The notes under the pieces were generated by a model that was given only the letters and a program-made list of their open reading frames with translations, had not been told where the DNA came from and made no database searches. From positions 8,238-48,866 of the forward strand of contig MGTN01000084.1 of the NCBI GenBank assembly GCA_001799475.1: a stretch of DNA of 40,629 bases, given 5' to 3'. Shown here piece after piece: positions 18,591 through 27,352 of this stretch. Position numbers and translations under genes: made by a program. Every line of letters begins with the position of its first letter. The stretch's first letter is position 1. This stretch comes from Desulfovibrionales bacterium GWA2_65_9 (GTDB lineage: Bacteria > Desulfobacterota > Desulfovibrionia > Desulfovibrionales > Desulfovibrionaceae).

Positions 18591-18905
18591 TTGAAAGAAT
18601 GATGTGGGATGACGGGAAGCCGTCGCCAACTATCCAGGCGACCCAAGCGGCGGAGAGATCGAGGAGAAGCAGAGCAGCCCTTCAACGGCCAGCGGTTGCC
18701 TGGCTCCCAGAACCCCATCCCCAGGCCCTGGAGAGCGCATTGCCGCTGGCGGCGGCTCTGCTGGGCGGTCTTCCTGCCCAGCCGAAAGCCTTGGCGTTCT
18801 GCGGCTCCGGTTGCGAGCGCTTGTTGGACAACGCTCGTTTCCGGCGCACAGGGCCAGCAGCCGGGTCGGTCGGCGGTCACTCTCCTGGAGTCTGTCCCGG
18901 TATTC

Positions 18906-19202
18906 TCAGCACTCGCCGTCGAGCAGGATGGCCAGGGCCTTGCCCGCGCGGGTGGCCTTGAATTCGATGATCTCGCAGCTGGCCGCGCCCTCGCGCACAA
19001 AGGGGTCCTGCTCCAGGACCTTGGCCAACTCCTCGCGGCTGCCGGCCCGGGCCAGGATGACCCCGCCGGTGCGCGGCTCCCGTGGGCCGGAAACCATGAA
19101 CAGCCCGGAGCGGTAGTTGGCCTCCAGGAATTCGCGGTGCGCGGGCAGCAGCGCGTCGATGACCGAAAGCGGCTTTAGGTAGTTCACGAGCACGAGGTAC
19201 AT
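18906..19202 (-). CDS. YciI family protein
   Basis: 'HREFL...SGPREPRTGGVIL...DPFVREG'. Confidence 0.88.
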   Translation of the reverse strand: MYLVLVNYLKPLSVIDALLPAHREFLEANYRSGLFMVSGPREPRTGGVILARAGSREELAKVLEQDPFVREGAASCEIIEFKATRAGKALAILLDGEC

Positions 19203-20563
19203 GCAGTCTCCTTGCTGGTTTGCGGCGTTGCGGCCGGGATGCGCGGCGGCGCGGGCAGTTTGGTTTTCAGCTTCCGGATGCGCGCGCAGGACTCGGCGAT
19301 GCGCTCCGGGCTCACCTGGCCCTCGGCCACCAGGGCCATGAGCGCGTCCAGGGTCTTCTCCGCGATGTCCGGGTCAAAGTCCAGGTTGTTGCCGATGAGC
19401 AGCACGTCCGCCCCGGCCTGCACGATGAGCCGCACCGACTCCTTGAGGCCGTAGTGCGCGGCCACGGCGCGCATCTGCAGGTCGTCCGTCACCACCACGC
19501 CGTCAAAGCCCAGCCGTTTGCGCAGGATGCCGTCGATGACGCTCCGCGACAGGGTGGCCGGATACTTCGGGTCCAGGCGCGCGTTGAACACGTGCGCGGT
19601 CATGACCATGTCCGCCAGGTCTTGGCGCGTAAGCTCGCGAAAGGGCAGGAGCTCAGCCTCGGTCCAGGTGGCCGTGACGTCGGTGAAGCCCAGGTGGCTG
19701 TCGGTGGTGCTGGAGCCGTGGCCGGGGAAATGCTTGGCCGCAGTGAGCACGTGCTGGTTCTGGAGCCCCCGGGCAAAGGCCCCGGCGCAGGCCGCAACCT
19801 GCTGCGGATCGGCGGAGAAGCTGCGCCCCAGCGCGCCCATGACCGGGTTCTGCGGGTTCACGTTGACGTCGGCCACGGGCGCGAAGTCCAGGTTGATGCC
19901 CACAGCGGCCAGGCTCGCGCCCACGGCCTGGCCAGCGGCCAGGGCCGGAGCCACATCTGGTGCCGAGCCCGGTGTAAAGCCAGGTCTGGGGTCCGGTGTG
20001 GAGCCCAGTGTGGAGCCCGGTGTCGACAAGCCGCCGCCAGGGCAGAGCTCCGCCGCCGGGGGGGTCTCGGGGAAGCCGTGCCGCGTGCGCAGCCGCTGCA
20101 CCCGCCCGCCCTCCTGGTCCACGGCGATGAACAGCGGCGGCGAACCGGCGGCTCTGGCCGCAGCCTGGAGCGCGCTGGTCAGCCGCAACAGCTGCTCCGG
20201 GCTCTGGATGTTGCGTTCCGGGCTCTTCAGCGCCACATCGCGGTCAAAGAGGATGACCCCGCCCAGGTTCAGGGCGGCGATCTGGCCTAAGATGGGCAGG
20301 TTGTCGGGCAGGTCGGCGGGCAGGTTGTCGGGCAGGGGGCCGGGCGAATCCGGCGAGGACGCGCCTGGTTCGGACCCTGTGCCCCGGAAGCCGACGAGCA
20401 GCATCTGCCCGGCCATGCGCCGGAGCTCCGGCGTGGGCGGCTCCGGCCGCGTGAGTGCGCAGCCGCCCAGAGTCGACAGGCAGAACAGCAGGCAAAGGGC
20501 CGACAGGCAAGGAGCCAGCGGGCAGGCCTGGGCCCGGCGCAGGGAAGGCGAAAGGTTGGTCAT
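19184..20563 (-). CDS. Glycoside hydrolase family 3 lipoprotein (NagZ-like beta-N-acetylhexosaminidase)
   Basis: Lipobox LGGC; AVDQEGGRVQR; KHFPGHGSSTTDSH; VVTDDL. Confidence 0.9.
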   Translation of the reverse strand: MTNLSPSLRRAQACPLAPCLSALCLLFCLSTLGGCALTRPEPPTPELRRMAGQMLLVGFRGTGSEPGASSPDSPGPLPDNLPADLPDNLPILGQIAALNLGGVILFDRDVALKSPERNIQSPEQLLRLTSALQAAARAAGSPPLFIAVDQEGGRVQRLRTRHGFPETPPAAELCPGGGLSTPGSTLGSTPDPRPGFTPGSAPDVAPALAAGQAVGASLAAVGINLDFAPVADVNVNPQNPVMGALGRSFSADPQQVAACAGAFARGLQNQHVLTAAKHFPGHGSSTTDSHLGFTDVTATWTEAELLPFRELTRQDLADMVMTAHVFNARLDPKYPATLSRSVIDGILRKRLGFDGVVVTDDLQMRAVAAHYGLKESVRLIVQAGADVLLIGNNLDFDPDIAEKTLDALMALVAEGQVSPERIAESCARIRKLKTKLPAPPRIPAATPQTSKETACTSCS

Positions 20564-20575
20564 GGCCTGCGTTCG

Positions 20576-20860
20576 CTAGGCCCCTTCCGCGCCCAGGGAG
20601 AAGGTGCTCTCCATGTCGTAGCTGGAGATGACCCGGTAGGAGATGAGCGTCTCCGAGCTGGTGATGCCCAGGATCTTCAGCATCTTTTCCGTGACGATGG
20701 TGGCCAGGTCGTCGTTGTCGCGGGCGCGGATGATGGCCACCAGGTCGAAGCGTCCGCCCACGGAGTGGACTTCGCTGATGCCTCTGATTTCGACGAGTTT
20801 CTGGGCCACCACGTTGATGGCGTCGGGCAGAACGTGCAGCAGTACAATGGCGTTGGTCAT
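20576..20860 (-). CDS. Stand-alone Lrp/AsnC ligand-binding (RAM) domain protein
   Basis: 94 aa, 'EVHSVGGRFDLVA...GITSSETLI', no HTH. Confidence 0.85.
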   Translation of the reverse strand: MTNAIVLLHVLPDAINVVAQKLVEIRGISEVHSVGGRFDLVAIIRARDNDDLATIVTEKMLKILGITSSETLISYRVISSYDMESTFSLGAEGA

Positions 20861-20924
20861 GGCGATCCTCCGTTGTTCTTGTCTTTACCTGTTTGTCCGG
20901 CGCGGGTCAAAGGTGCAGGGCATG

Positions 20925-20956
20925 AAAAAAGCCCCCGGACGTATAATCCGGGGGCT
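20925..20956 (-). terminator. Rho-independent terminator of cstA
   Basis: GCCCCCGGA-N7-TCCGGGGGC with A6 at 20925-20930 (U-tract on minus strand). Confidence 0.85.
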
Positions 20957-21015
20957 GCATGAACCCTGAGGCGAGGCGGGGCTGGGCCTCGGCCAGGGTT
21001 ATTCTTCGGACAGGG

Positions 21016-22833
21016 CTATTCTTCGGCCAGGGCGACCACGGTCTCGCCGTAGGCGTCGGGCTGGGTGGTCTTGATGGCGAGCAGTTCGCGCCAGCGCATG
21101 AACGCGCCGGCGAAGACCACCACCATGAGCGACATGATGACGATGGCCATGGTGGCCAGGAGGTAGTTCTCCTTGCCGGGCTTCAGGTACACGCCGGTGA
21201 CCTGCAGGTAGCCCGCGTACATGGTGATGCAGGCCATGGCGATGCCCGGCACGGCGGTCAGCCAGGCGTACTTGGCCTTGTTCATGCGGATGAGCATGGT
21301 CGTGCCGATGATCAGCCCGCTGGAGGCCAGGAGCTGGTTGCTCATGCCGAACAGCGGCCAGATGGTGGAGATGTCTCCGGTGTAGACCAGATAGCCCCAG
21401 GCGCCCGTGAACAGGGCGCTGGTGATGATGACGCCGGGCCACCAGCGCTTGTCGTCGAACTTGGGAATGACCGCGCCGATCATCTCCTGCAGGAAGAAGC
21501 GGCCCACGCGGGTGCCGGTATCGACTGCGGTGAGGATGAACACGGCCTCGAACATGATGGCGAAGTGGTACCAGTAGCCCATCAGCCCCTTCATGAACGG
21601 CACGGAGGAGAAGATGTAGGCCATGCCCACGGCGAGGGACACCGCGCCGCCGGGACGGCCCTGGATATTCTCCTGCACCTGGGTGGCCAGCTCCGGCAGG
21701 TTGACCACGGTCATGCCCAGTTTCTCGAACACGGCCGGAGCGGAGTTGATGGCGAAGTAGTCGGCCGGGACCAGGGTGCAGGCGGCGATGAGGGCCATGA
21801 TGGCCACAAAGCCTTCCACGAGCATGGCCCCGTAGCCCACGAAGAGCACGTCGCGCTCGTTGCCGATCATCTTGGGCGTGGTGCCCGTGCCGATGATGGC
21901 GTGGAAGCCGGAGATGGCGCCGCAGGCGATGGTGATGAACAGGAAGGGGAACACCGGGCCGCCGATGATGGGGCCGCCGCCGCTGATGAACTTGGTCACG
22001 GGGTCCATGAGCAGCGTGGGCTGCACAAAGAGGATGCCCGCGGCCAGCATGGCGATGGTGCCGATCTTGAGGAAGGTGGATAGGTAGTCGCGCGGGCACA
22101 GCAGCAGCCAGACCGGCAGCACCGAGGCGACGAAGCCGTATACCGGGATGGTCAGGGAGATGGTCTTCTTGCTCATGGTGAACAGCGGGCCGAGCGTCGG
22201 GTCGGCCACGACGTACGGGCCGGCAATGACGGCGATGATCAGCAGGATCACGCCGATGATGCTGGCGCCGGTGACGTCGCCGTCACGCCAGACGTGCAGG
22301 TACAGGCCCATCAGGATGGCGATGGGGATGGTGGCGAAGACGGTGAAGGTGCCCCAGGCGCTCTCGGCCATGGCGTTGACCACGGCGATGGACAGGCCGG
22401 CCAGGGTCAGGAGGAGGATGAACAAAACGGCCCAGGAGGCCACGTGGCCCACGGCCCTGCCGATCTCGCTTTCGGCGATCTTGCCCAGGCTGTGGCCCTT
22501 GTGGCGCACGGAGGCGAAGAGCACCACCATGTCGTGCACGGCCCCGGCCAGGACGCAGCCGACGATGATCCACAGCGCGCCGGGGAGGTAGCCGTACTGG
22601 GCGGCCAGCACGGGTCCGAGCAGCGGCCCGGCTGCGGCGATGGCCGCGAAGTGGTGTCCGAAGAGCACGAATTTGTTGGTCTTCACGTAATCGCGACCGT
22701 CGGCGAGCTTGATGGCCGGGGTGATGCGCTCGCTCTTGAGCTCCAGCACCTTGTTGGCCAGGAACAGCCCGTAAAACCGGTAGGCGATGGCAAAGACGCA
22801 CAGTGAGACAAAGACCAGAGTCAACGCATTCAT
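21016..22833 (-). CDS. cstA: Carbon starvation protein A family pyruvate/peptide transporter
   Basis: 'LFGHHFAAIAAAGPLLGP', 'PRDYLS', 'ITIACGAISGFH', 'IWPLFGMSNQLLA'; AGGAGG RBS. Confidence 0.95.
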   Translation of the reverse strand: MNALTLVFVSLCVFAIAYRFYGLFLANKVLELKSERITPAIKLADGRDYVKTNKFVLFGHHFAAIAAAGPLLGPVLAAQYGYLPGALWIIVGCVLAGAVHDMVVLFASVRHKGHSLGKIAESEIGRAVGHVASWAVLFILLLTLAGLSIAVVNAMAESAWGTFTVFATIPIAILMGLYLHVWRDGDVTGASIIGVILLIIAVIAGPYVVADPTLGPLFTMSKKTISLTIPVYGFVASVLPVWLLLCPRDYLSTFLKIGTIAMLAAGILFVQPTLLMDPVTKFISGGGPIIGGPVFPFLFITIACGAISGFHAIIGTGTTPKMIGNERDVLFVGYGAMLVEGFVAIMALIAACTLVPADYFAINSAPAVFEKLGMTVVNLPELATQVQENIQGRPGGAVSLAVGMAYIFSSVPFMKGLMGYWYHFAIMFEAVFILTAVDTGTRVGRFFLQEMIGAVIPKFDDKRWWPGVIITSALFTGAWGYLVYTGDISTIWPLFGMSNQLLASSGLIIGTTMLIRMNKAKYAWLTAVPGIAMACITMYAGYLQVTGVYLKPGKENYLLATMAIVIMSLMVVVFAGAFMRWRELLAIKTTQPDAYGETVVALAEE

Positions 22834-22903
22834 GCAATCCTCCTATGCTGTGGGAATGATGCCTGCGTTTAGCAACAGTTTTGTCGGTGTGGCAATGGCC
22901 GCA

Positions 22904-22966
22904 GCGCGAAAGGGAGGATCAGGGGCGCGAAGGGGCGGATCAGGGGCTTGAAATGCCGCCTCAGCG
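22904..22966 (-). promoter_or_regulatory. Three 21-bp-period direct repeats, putative LytTR regulator binding sites upstream of cstA
   Basis: GCGCGAAAGGGAGGATCAGGG / GCGCGAAGGGGCGGATCAGGG / GCTTGAAATGCCGCCTCAGCG, just upstream of a TTGCCA -35-like hexamer on minus strand. Confidence 0.65.
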
Positions 22967-23020
22967 GGCGGTCGGGGCGGCCAGGGCGGCCATGGCGGCC
23001 ATGGCGGTCGGGGCGATGGG
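22967..23020. repeat. 9-bp tandem repeat (GGCGGYCRK-like) x6
   Basis: ggcggtcgg ggcggccag ggcggccat ggcggccat ggcggtcgg ggcgatggg. Confidence 0.75.
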
Positions 23021-23060
23021 GAAGTCGCGTGCTGGGGACAAGCCGCAGTCTGGGGGCATT

Positions 23061-23319
23061 AGGGCCTGTTTCTTAATCATCGCAACCAGATCAGGCGTGA
23101 TGCGCTTGCGCCCATTGCCCTGGACGTTGCCGCCGGTTTCTCACGGCGCGTGGCGATGCGGCGGAATGCCTGACAGCGGGAAATATCCAGCGTCGCGTCC
23201 ACGTATTGCGTCGATATGAATGTGGCCTGGACGCGTCGTCTTTGAGCGGTTCCTGCCCAGCCAGCAGCAGAGGCTATCTTCGAGGATGCAGCCGAAAGGT
23301 AAATTTAGAAACAGACTCT
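23061..23319 (-). mobile_element. MITE-like internally deleted IS5-family (IS427-like) remnant, copy 1
   Basis: TIRs AGGGCCTGTTTCTTAAT / ATTTAGAAACAGACTCT; minus strand reads 'AFRRIATRREKPAATSRAMGASASRLIWLR*', a decayed IS5 transposase C-terminus. Confidence 0.8.
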
Positions 23320-23341
23320 CATCTCTCTGGTCAGGACTATT

Positions 23342-25054
23342 CTACTGCGGGATGCGCAGGGAGATGCTCGTGCCTTCTCCGGGCGCGCTGGTCACCTTGA
23401 GCCCGTAGTCCGGGCCGAAGAGCTGCACCAGGCGCTGGTTCGAGTTGCGCGCGCCGATGCCCTCGGTGAGCGATTCCAGCTCCACGGAGGAGGTGATGGC
23501 CCGGACCTGCTCCGGGGGCATGCCCACGCCGTCGTCGTGGATCTCCACCAGCAGGTGACCGTTCTCGCGCCAGGCCGCAAGCCGCACCAGCCCGCCCTCG
23601 GGCCGGGGCAGGATGCCGTGGCGCACGGCGTTCTCCACCAGGGGCTGGATGATCAGCGGCGGGGTGGCGCAGTCCTGTGCGCCGGGGCCCAGGTCAACAT
23701 CGATCCTGATGCGCTGGCCGAAGCGGGCCTGTTCGATGGCCAGGTAGGCGGATGTCTGCTCGATCTCCTCGGCCAGCCGGATGAGCCCCCGGCTGGAGTC
23801 CAGGTTGCGGCGCATGTAGCGCGAGAGATCGAGCAAAAGCTCCCTGGCCTGGGCCGGGGCGGTGCGGCAGAAGCTGGCGATGGTGTTCAGCGAGTTGAAC
23901 AAAAAGTGCGGGTTGATCTGGGCCTGCAGGCGCCTGATCTCGGCGTGGGCCAGGAGCTGGTTCTTGATGCCGATGTTCTCCAGCTCCAGCTGCGTGGCGA
24001 AGAGGTCGGCCAGGCCCTTGGCCAGCTCGAACAGGGTCTCGTCCAGGGGCTGGCGGCGGGTGCCGTAGAGCTTGAGGCAGCCGAGGATGGTGTCGCCCTT
24101 GCGCAGGGGCACGATGATGGCCTCGGTCAGCGGGCAGCTCGGCTCCGGGCAGGAGATGTCGGCTCGCCCGCGCACGAACAGGGGCTCGCCGGAGTCGATG
24201 ACCCGCTGGGTGGCCTTGGTCAGCACGACCCCGCCGCTGACGTGGTGGTCCTCCCCGGCCCCCAGGTGGGCCAGGATGGTCTGGCCGCTGGTCACGGCCA
24301 CGGCCGGGACCTGGGCCTCGTCCATGATGATGGCCGCCGTGGCCCGGGCCGAGGTCGCGGTCAGCCCGGCGCGCAGATGCCCCAGGGTCTGGTTGGCGAT
24401 GGACAGGATCTGGCGGGCCAGGTCGCGGTTCTGGGCCTGGCGGTAGCGCATCTGCAGGCTCAGGGCCTTGACGAAGAACCCCGCGCCCAGGGAGTTGAAG
24501 ACGATCATGGGCAGGGCGATGACCTGCACCACGGCCAGCGCCGTGGCAAAGGGCTGCGACATGGTGAGCACCATGCCCTGGTGCAGGGTCTCCCCCGCAA
24601 GGGTGAGGCCCAGGGCCAGCCTCCAGTCCAGGCTGTTGCCGGCGAAGCGCCGGGCCACCAGCCCGGCCGCCGTGCCTTCGATGAGGGTGGCCAGGGCGCA
24701 GGGCAGGGCCGAGAATCCGCCGATGTCCATGAGGTAGCGGTGCCCCCCGGCGATGAGCCCGGCCCCGAAGCCGACCACGGGCCCGCCGAAGAGCCCGGCG
24801 GTGATGACCACCATGCCGCGCAGATTGGCGAAGGACTGGAAGACCACATTGCCGCTGTAGGTGCCAAGCACCCCGAAAATTCCGAACATCACCACCAGGA
24901 GCGCCGTGGCCCATACGGGGCGGTCGCGCCGTGGCCCCAGCTTGTCGATGGAGGTGACGGTCATGACGGCGAAGCCGCCTGCCAGAAGCAGCCCGAAGCG
25001 TTGGGAAAGGGTCAGGAACAGCTCGGGGACCTGCGGATTGAAGAAATCATTCAT
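23342..25054 (-). CDS. lytS: LytS/YehU-family sensor histidine kinase (5TMR-LYT, GAF, His_kinase, HATPase)
   Basis: 'ANLRGMVVITAGLFGGPVVG', 'LQAQINPHFLFNSLNTI', 'IIQPLVENAVRHG'. Confidence 0.92.
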   Translation of the reverse strand: MNDFFNPQVPELFLTLSQRFGLLLAGGFAVMTVTSIDKLGPRRDRPVWATALLVVMFGIFGVLGTYSGNVVFQSFANLRGMVVITAGLFGGPVVGFGAGLIAGGHRYLMDIGGFSALPCALATLIEGTAAGLVARRFAGNSLDWRLALGLTLAGETLHQGMVLTMSQPFATALAVVQVIALPMIVFNSLGAGFFVKALSLQMRYRQAQNRDLARQILSIANQTLGHLRAGLTATSARATAAIIMDEAQVPAVAVTSGQTILAHLGAGEDHHVSGGVVLTKATQRVIDSGEPLFVRGRADISCPEPSCPLTEAIIVPLRKGDTILGCLKLYGTRRQPLDETLFELAKGLADLFATQLELENIGIKNQLLAHAEIRRLQAQINPHFLFNSLNTIASFCRTAPAQARELLLDLSRYMRRNLDSSRGLIRLAEEIEQTSAYLAIEQARFGQRIRIDVDLGPGAQDCATPPLIIQPLVENAVRHGILPRPEGGLVRLAAWRENGHLLVEIHDDGVGMPPEQVRAITSSVELESLTEGIGARNSNQRLVQLFGPDYGLKVTSAPGEGTSISLRIPQ

Positions 25055-25845
25055 ATGCCGATGCTCTCTTTGAAGGCGCGCGCCCGGTTGCGGCTCACGG
25101 TGACCTCGGTGCGCGCGGGATCGGCCATGACCACGCAGTACTTGCCGCCAAACCAGGGGGCGAATTCGGCGATGCGCTCCAGGTTGATGAGCTGGGCGCG
25201 GTTGGCCTGGAAGAAGGGCAGCCCGGCCAGGCGGTCGCAGGCCTTGGCCAGGGTGGACAGGCCGTGGCAGGTCAGCTTGCCTGTGTCGGTGACGGCCAGG
25301 ACGTGCTTGTCGTCGGCCTCGATGAGCACCACATCGCTGGTGGGGATGAGGGCGATGCGCCCGCCCTGCTCCACGGCCAGCCTGCCAAGCGGCTTTGCTC
25401 CGGCCTGGCCGGCCGAGGAGAGCAGCCGCTCGATGGCCCCGCTCAAGTGCGGCGCGCCTTGCCTGGCCGGGGCGGGCGGCTCGGCCAGCAGCCTGCGGAC
25501 CCGCTCCAGGCTCTTGGCCAGCCGGTCCGGCGAGACGGGCTTGAGCAGGTAGTCGGCGGCGTTTTCCTCAAAGGCGCGGATGGCGTGGGTGTCAAAGGCG
25601 GTGACGAAGACGAACAGCGGCGTGTGCGGGAGCTGCTGCGCCCCGGACAAGACGTGGAAGCCGTCCTGCCCCGGCATCTGGATGTCCTGGAAGACCAGGT
25701 CGACATGGTCGAAGGCGATGCGCTCCAGGGCCTCCTCGGCGCTGGCCGCCTGGAGTGCCTCCACGTCCCGGTGGGCCTGGAGGAGGTAGGCCAGTTCGTC
25801 CCGGGCCGGGGCTTCGTCGTCCACGATGAGCGCGCGTATGGGCAT
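25051..25845 (-). CDS. lytR: LytTR-family response regulator
   Basis: REC 'IVDDE...FQDIQMP...FVTAFD...YLLKP' plus LytTR 'FFQANRAQLINL...VSRNR'; 4-bp overlap with lytS. Confidence 0.9.
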   Translation of the reverse strand: MPIRALIVDDEAPARDELAYLLQAHRDVEALQAASAEEALERIAFDHVDLVFQDIQMPGQDGFHVLSGAQQLPHTPLFVFVTAFDTHAIRAFEENAADYLLKPVSPDRLAKSLERVRRLLAEPPAPARQGAPHLSGAIERLLSSAGQAGAKPLGRLAVEQGGRIALIPTSDVVLIEADDKHVLAVTDTGKLTCHGLSTLAKACDRLAGLPFFQANRAQLINLERIAEFAPWFGGKYCVVMADPARTEVTVSRNRARAFKESIGI

Positions 25846-25977
25846 GGTCGTCCTTGGTCCGGGCCTGGAATGAAACGCCGTCAGCCGGGCCTATCCGCTC
25901 CCGGCCATCTTGGCTCGTCAGGCTGAAGACCTACACGGGCCAAAATACCCTGTCAACGCGCTGAGAACCGGGAAGTG

Positions 25978-26130
25978 AGGGCCTGTTTCTAAAACAGCCG
26001 CGAGACATTTTTGAGGGCATGCGTCCCGCTGAAGCACCACGCGGGAAGAGAGACTGACGGCAACCTTCTTGATCCTGGTCTCCAGCGCATCGTGCCTGAT
26101 CTGGCTGCGATGATTTAAAAAACAGGCCCT
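25978..26130 (+). mobile_element. MITE-like IS5-family remnant, copy 2 (inverted relative to copy 1)
   Basis: TIRs AGGGCCTGTTTCTAAAA / TTTAAAAAACAGGCCCT; encodes 'TTREERLTATFLILVSSASCLIWLR*'; its reverse complement aligns with 23061-23190. Confidence 0.8.
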
Positions 26131-27340
26131 AGAGCAGCGCCGCCCCGGACCCGCCGTTGTCTTTGGGCTGGCGCCTGCTGCCCTGGTAGAGCTCGAACTC
26201 CAGCAGGCGGCATTCGATCTTGGCGTTGTAGAAGGGGGTGCGCCGCTTGGGCTTGAGGCCCACGCGCTTGGCCAGCTCAGCATTGCCGGTGAAGACGTAG
26301 CCGCGCCAGCCGGACAGGCGCTTTTTAAAGAAGTCGCCGATGGCCGCGTAGGTTTCGGCCAGCTGCCCGGCGTCGCCCATGCGCTCGCCGTACTCCGGGT
26401 TGAGCACGCAGACCCCCGGCCCCTCGGGCACGAGCGTCTCGCGGAAGTCGGCCACGGAGAACTCGATGTGGTCCTCGACTCCGGCGGTGCGGGCGTTCTG
26501 GCGCGCGGCCTCCACGGCCTCGGGGTCGTTGTCGCTGGCCAGGATGCGCCGTGGCAGGGTCTTTTTGGCCTGGGCGTGCAGTTCGCGGCGCAGGGCCTCG
26601 TAGGCCGCCTCGTCGAAGCCGATGAGGTGCCGGAAGGCGAAGTCGGGCCGGAGCAGGCCAGGCGCGCGGCCAAGGCCCAGGAGCGCGGCCTCGATGGCCA
26701 GGGTGCCGCTGCCGCACATGGGCGAGAGGAAATGCTCGGTGGCGGCGTCAAAGCGCGTGGCCAGAATGATCCCGGCGGCCAGGGACTCCTGCAGCGGGGC
26801 CAGGTGCGGCATCTTGCGGTAGCCCCGGCGGGTCAGAGGCGCGCCGGTGGTGTCCAGGTACACTGTGACGTCCGAGCCGCGCCAGTGCAGGAACACGCAC
26901 GCGCCGATGGGGTCCGGGCCGGAGTTGGGCCGCCGGCCCTCCTGCTCCTGGATGCGGTCCACGATGGCGTCCTTGGCCTTCTGGTTGGCGAAGCGGCTGT
27001 CGTTGACGAAATCGTTCTGCACCGAGGAGTCCACGGTGAGGTGCCCGTCCACCGGGATGATCTCCTCCCAGGGCAGCCGGAACAGCTCGCGCCCCAGGGC
27101 CGTGGGGTCGTCGGCGCGGAAGCGGGCCAGCTCGGACAGGACGCGGTGCCCGGTGCGCAAGGCCAGGTTCAGGCGCATGGCGGTGTGCATGTCGCCCAGG
27201 GTCTCGACCCCGGCGGCGAGTTCACGCGCGGGCAGGCCCAGGGCCTCCAGTTCGGCGCGCAGGAAGGGCGGCAGGGCCTTGGGACAGGTGACGAGGATGG
27301 TGCGTTGTTCGGCGGTGCGTTGTTCGGCTGGTGTCTGCAT
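26129..27340 (-). CDS. rlmL: THUMP-domain class I SAM-dependent RNA methyltransferase (RlmL-like)
   Basis: 'LTRRGYR', 'APLQESLAAG', 'PMCGSGT', 'NPEYGERMG'. Confidence 0.85.
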   Translation of the reverse strand: MQTPAEQRTAEQRTILVTCPKALPPFLRAELEALGLPARELAAGVETLGDMHTAMRLNLALRTGHRVLSELARFRADDPTALGRELFRLPWEEIIPVDGHLTVDSSVQNDFVNDSRFANQKAKDAIVDRIQEQEGRRPNSGPDPIGACVFLHWRGSDVTVYLDTTGAPLTRRGYRKMPHLAPLQESLAAGIILATRFDAATEHFLSPMCGSGTLAIEAALLGLGRAPGLLRPDFAFRHLIGFDEAAYEALRRELHAQAKKTLPRRILASDNDPEAVEAARQNARTAGVEDHIEFSVADFRETLVPEGPGVCVLNPEYGERMGDAGQLAETYAAIGDFFKKRLSGWRGYVFTGNAELAKRVGLKPKRRTPFYNAKIECRLLEFELYQGSRRQPKDNGGSGAALL

Positions 27341-27352
27341 GGGCGAGATGAA

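Noticed and set aside
18795-18829. attC-like half site (minus strand GTCCAACAAGCGCTCGCAACCGG)
   Set aside because: No complementary arm ending in GTTRRRY, no cassette array and no integrase nearby
16304-19000. 898-aa minus-strand ORF
   Set aside because: Antisense shadow of sulP; only its last 93 codons (higB, from ATG 16585) are a recognisable gene
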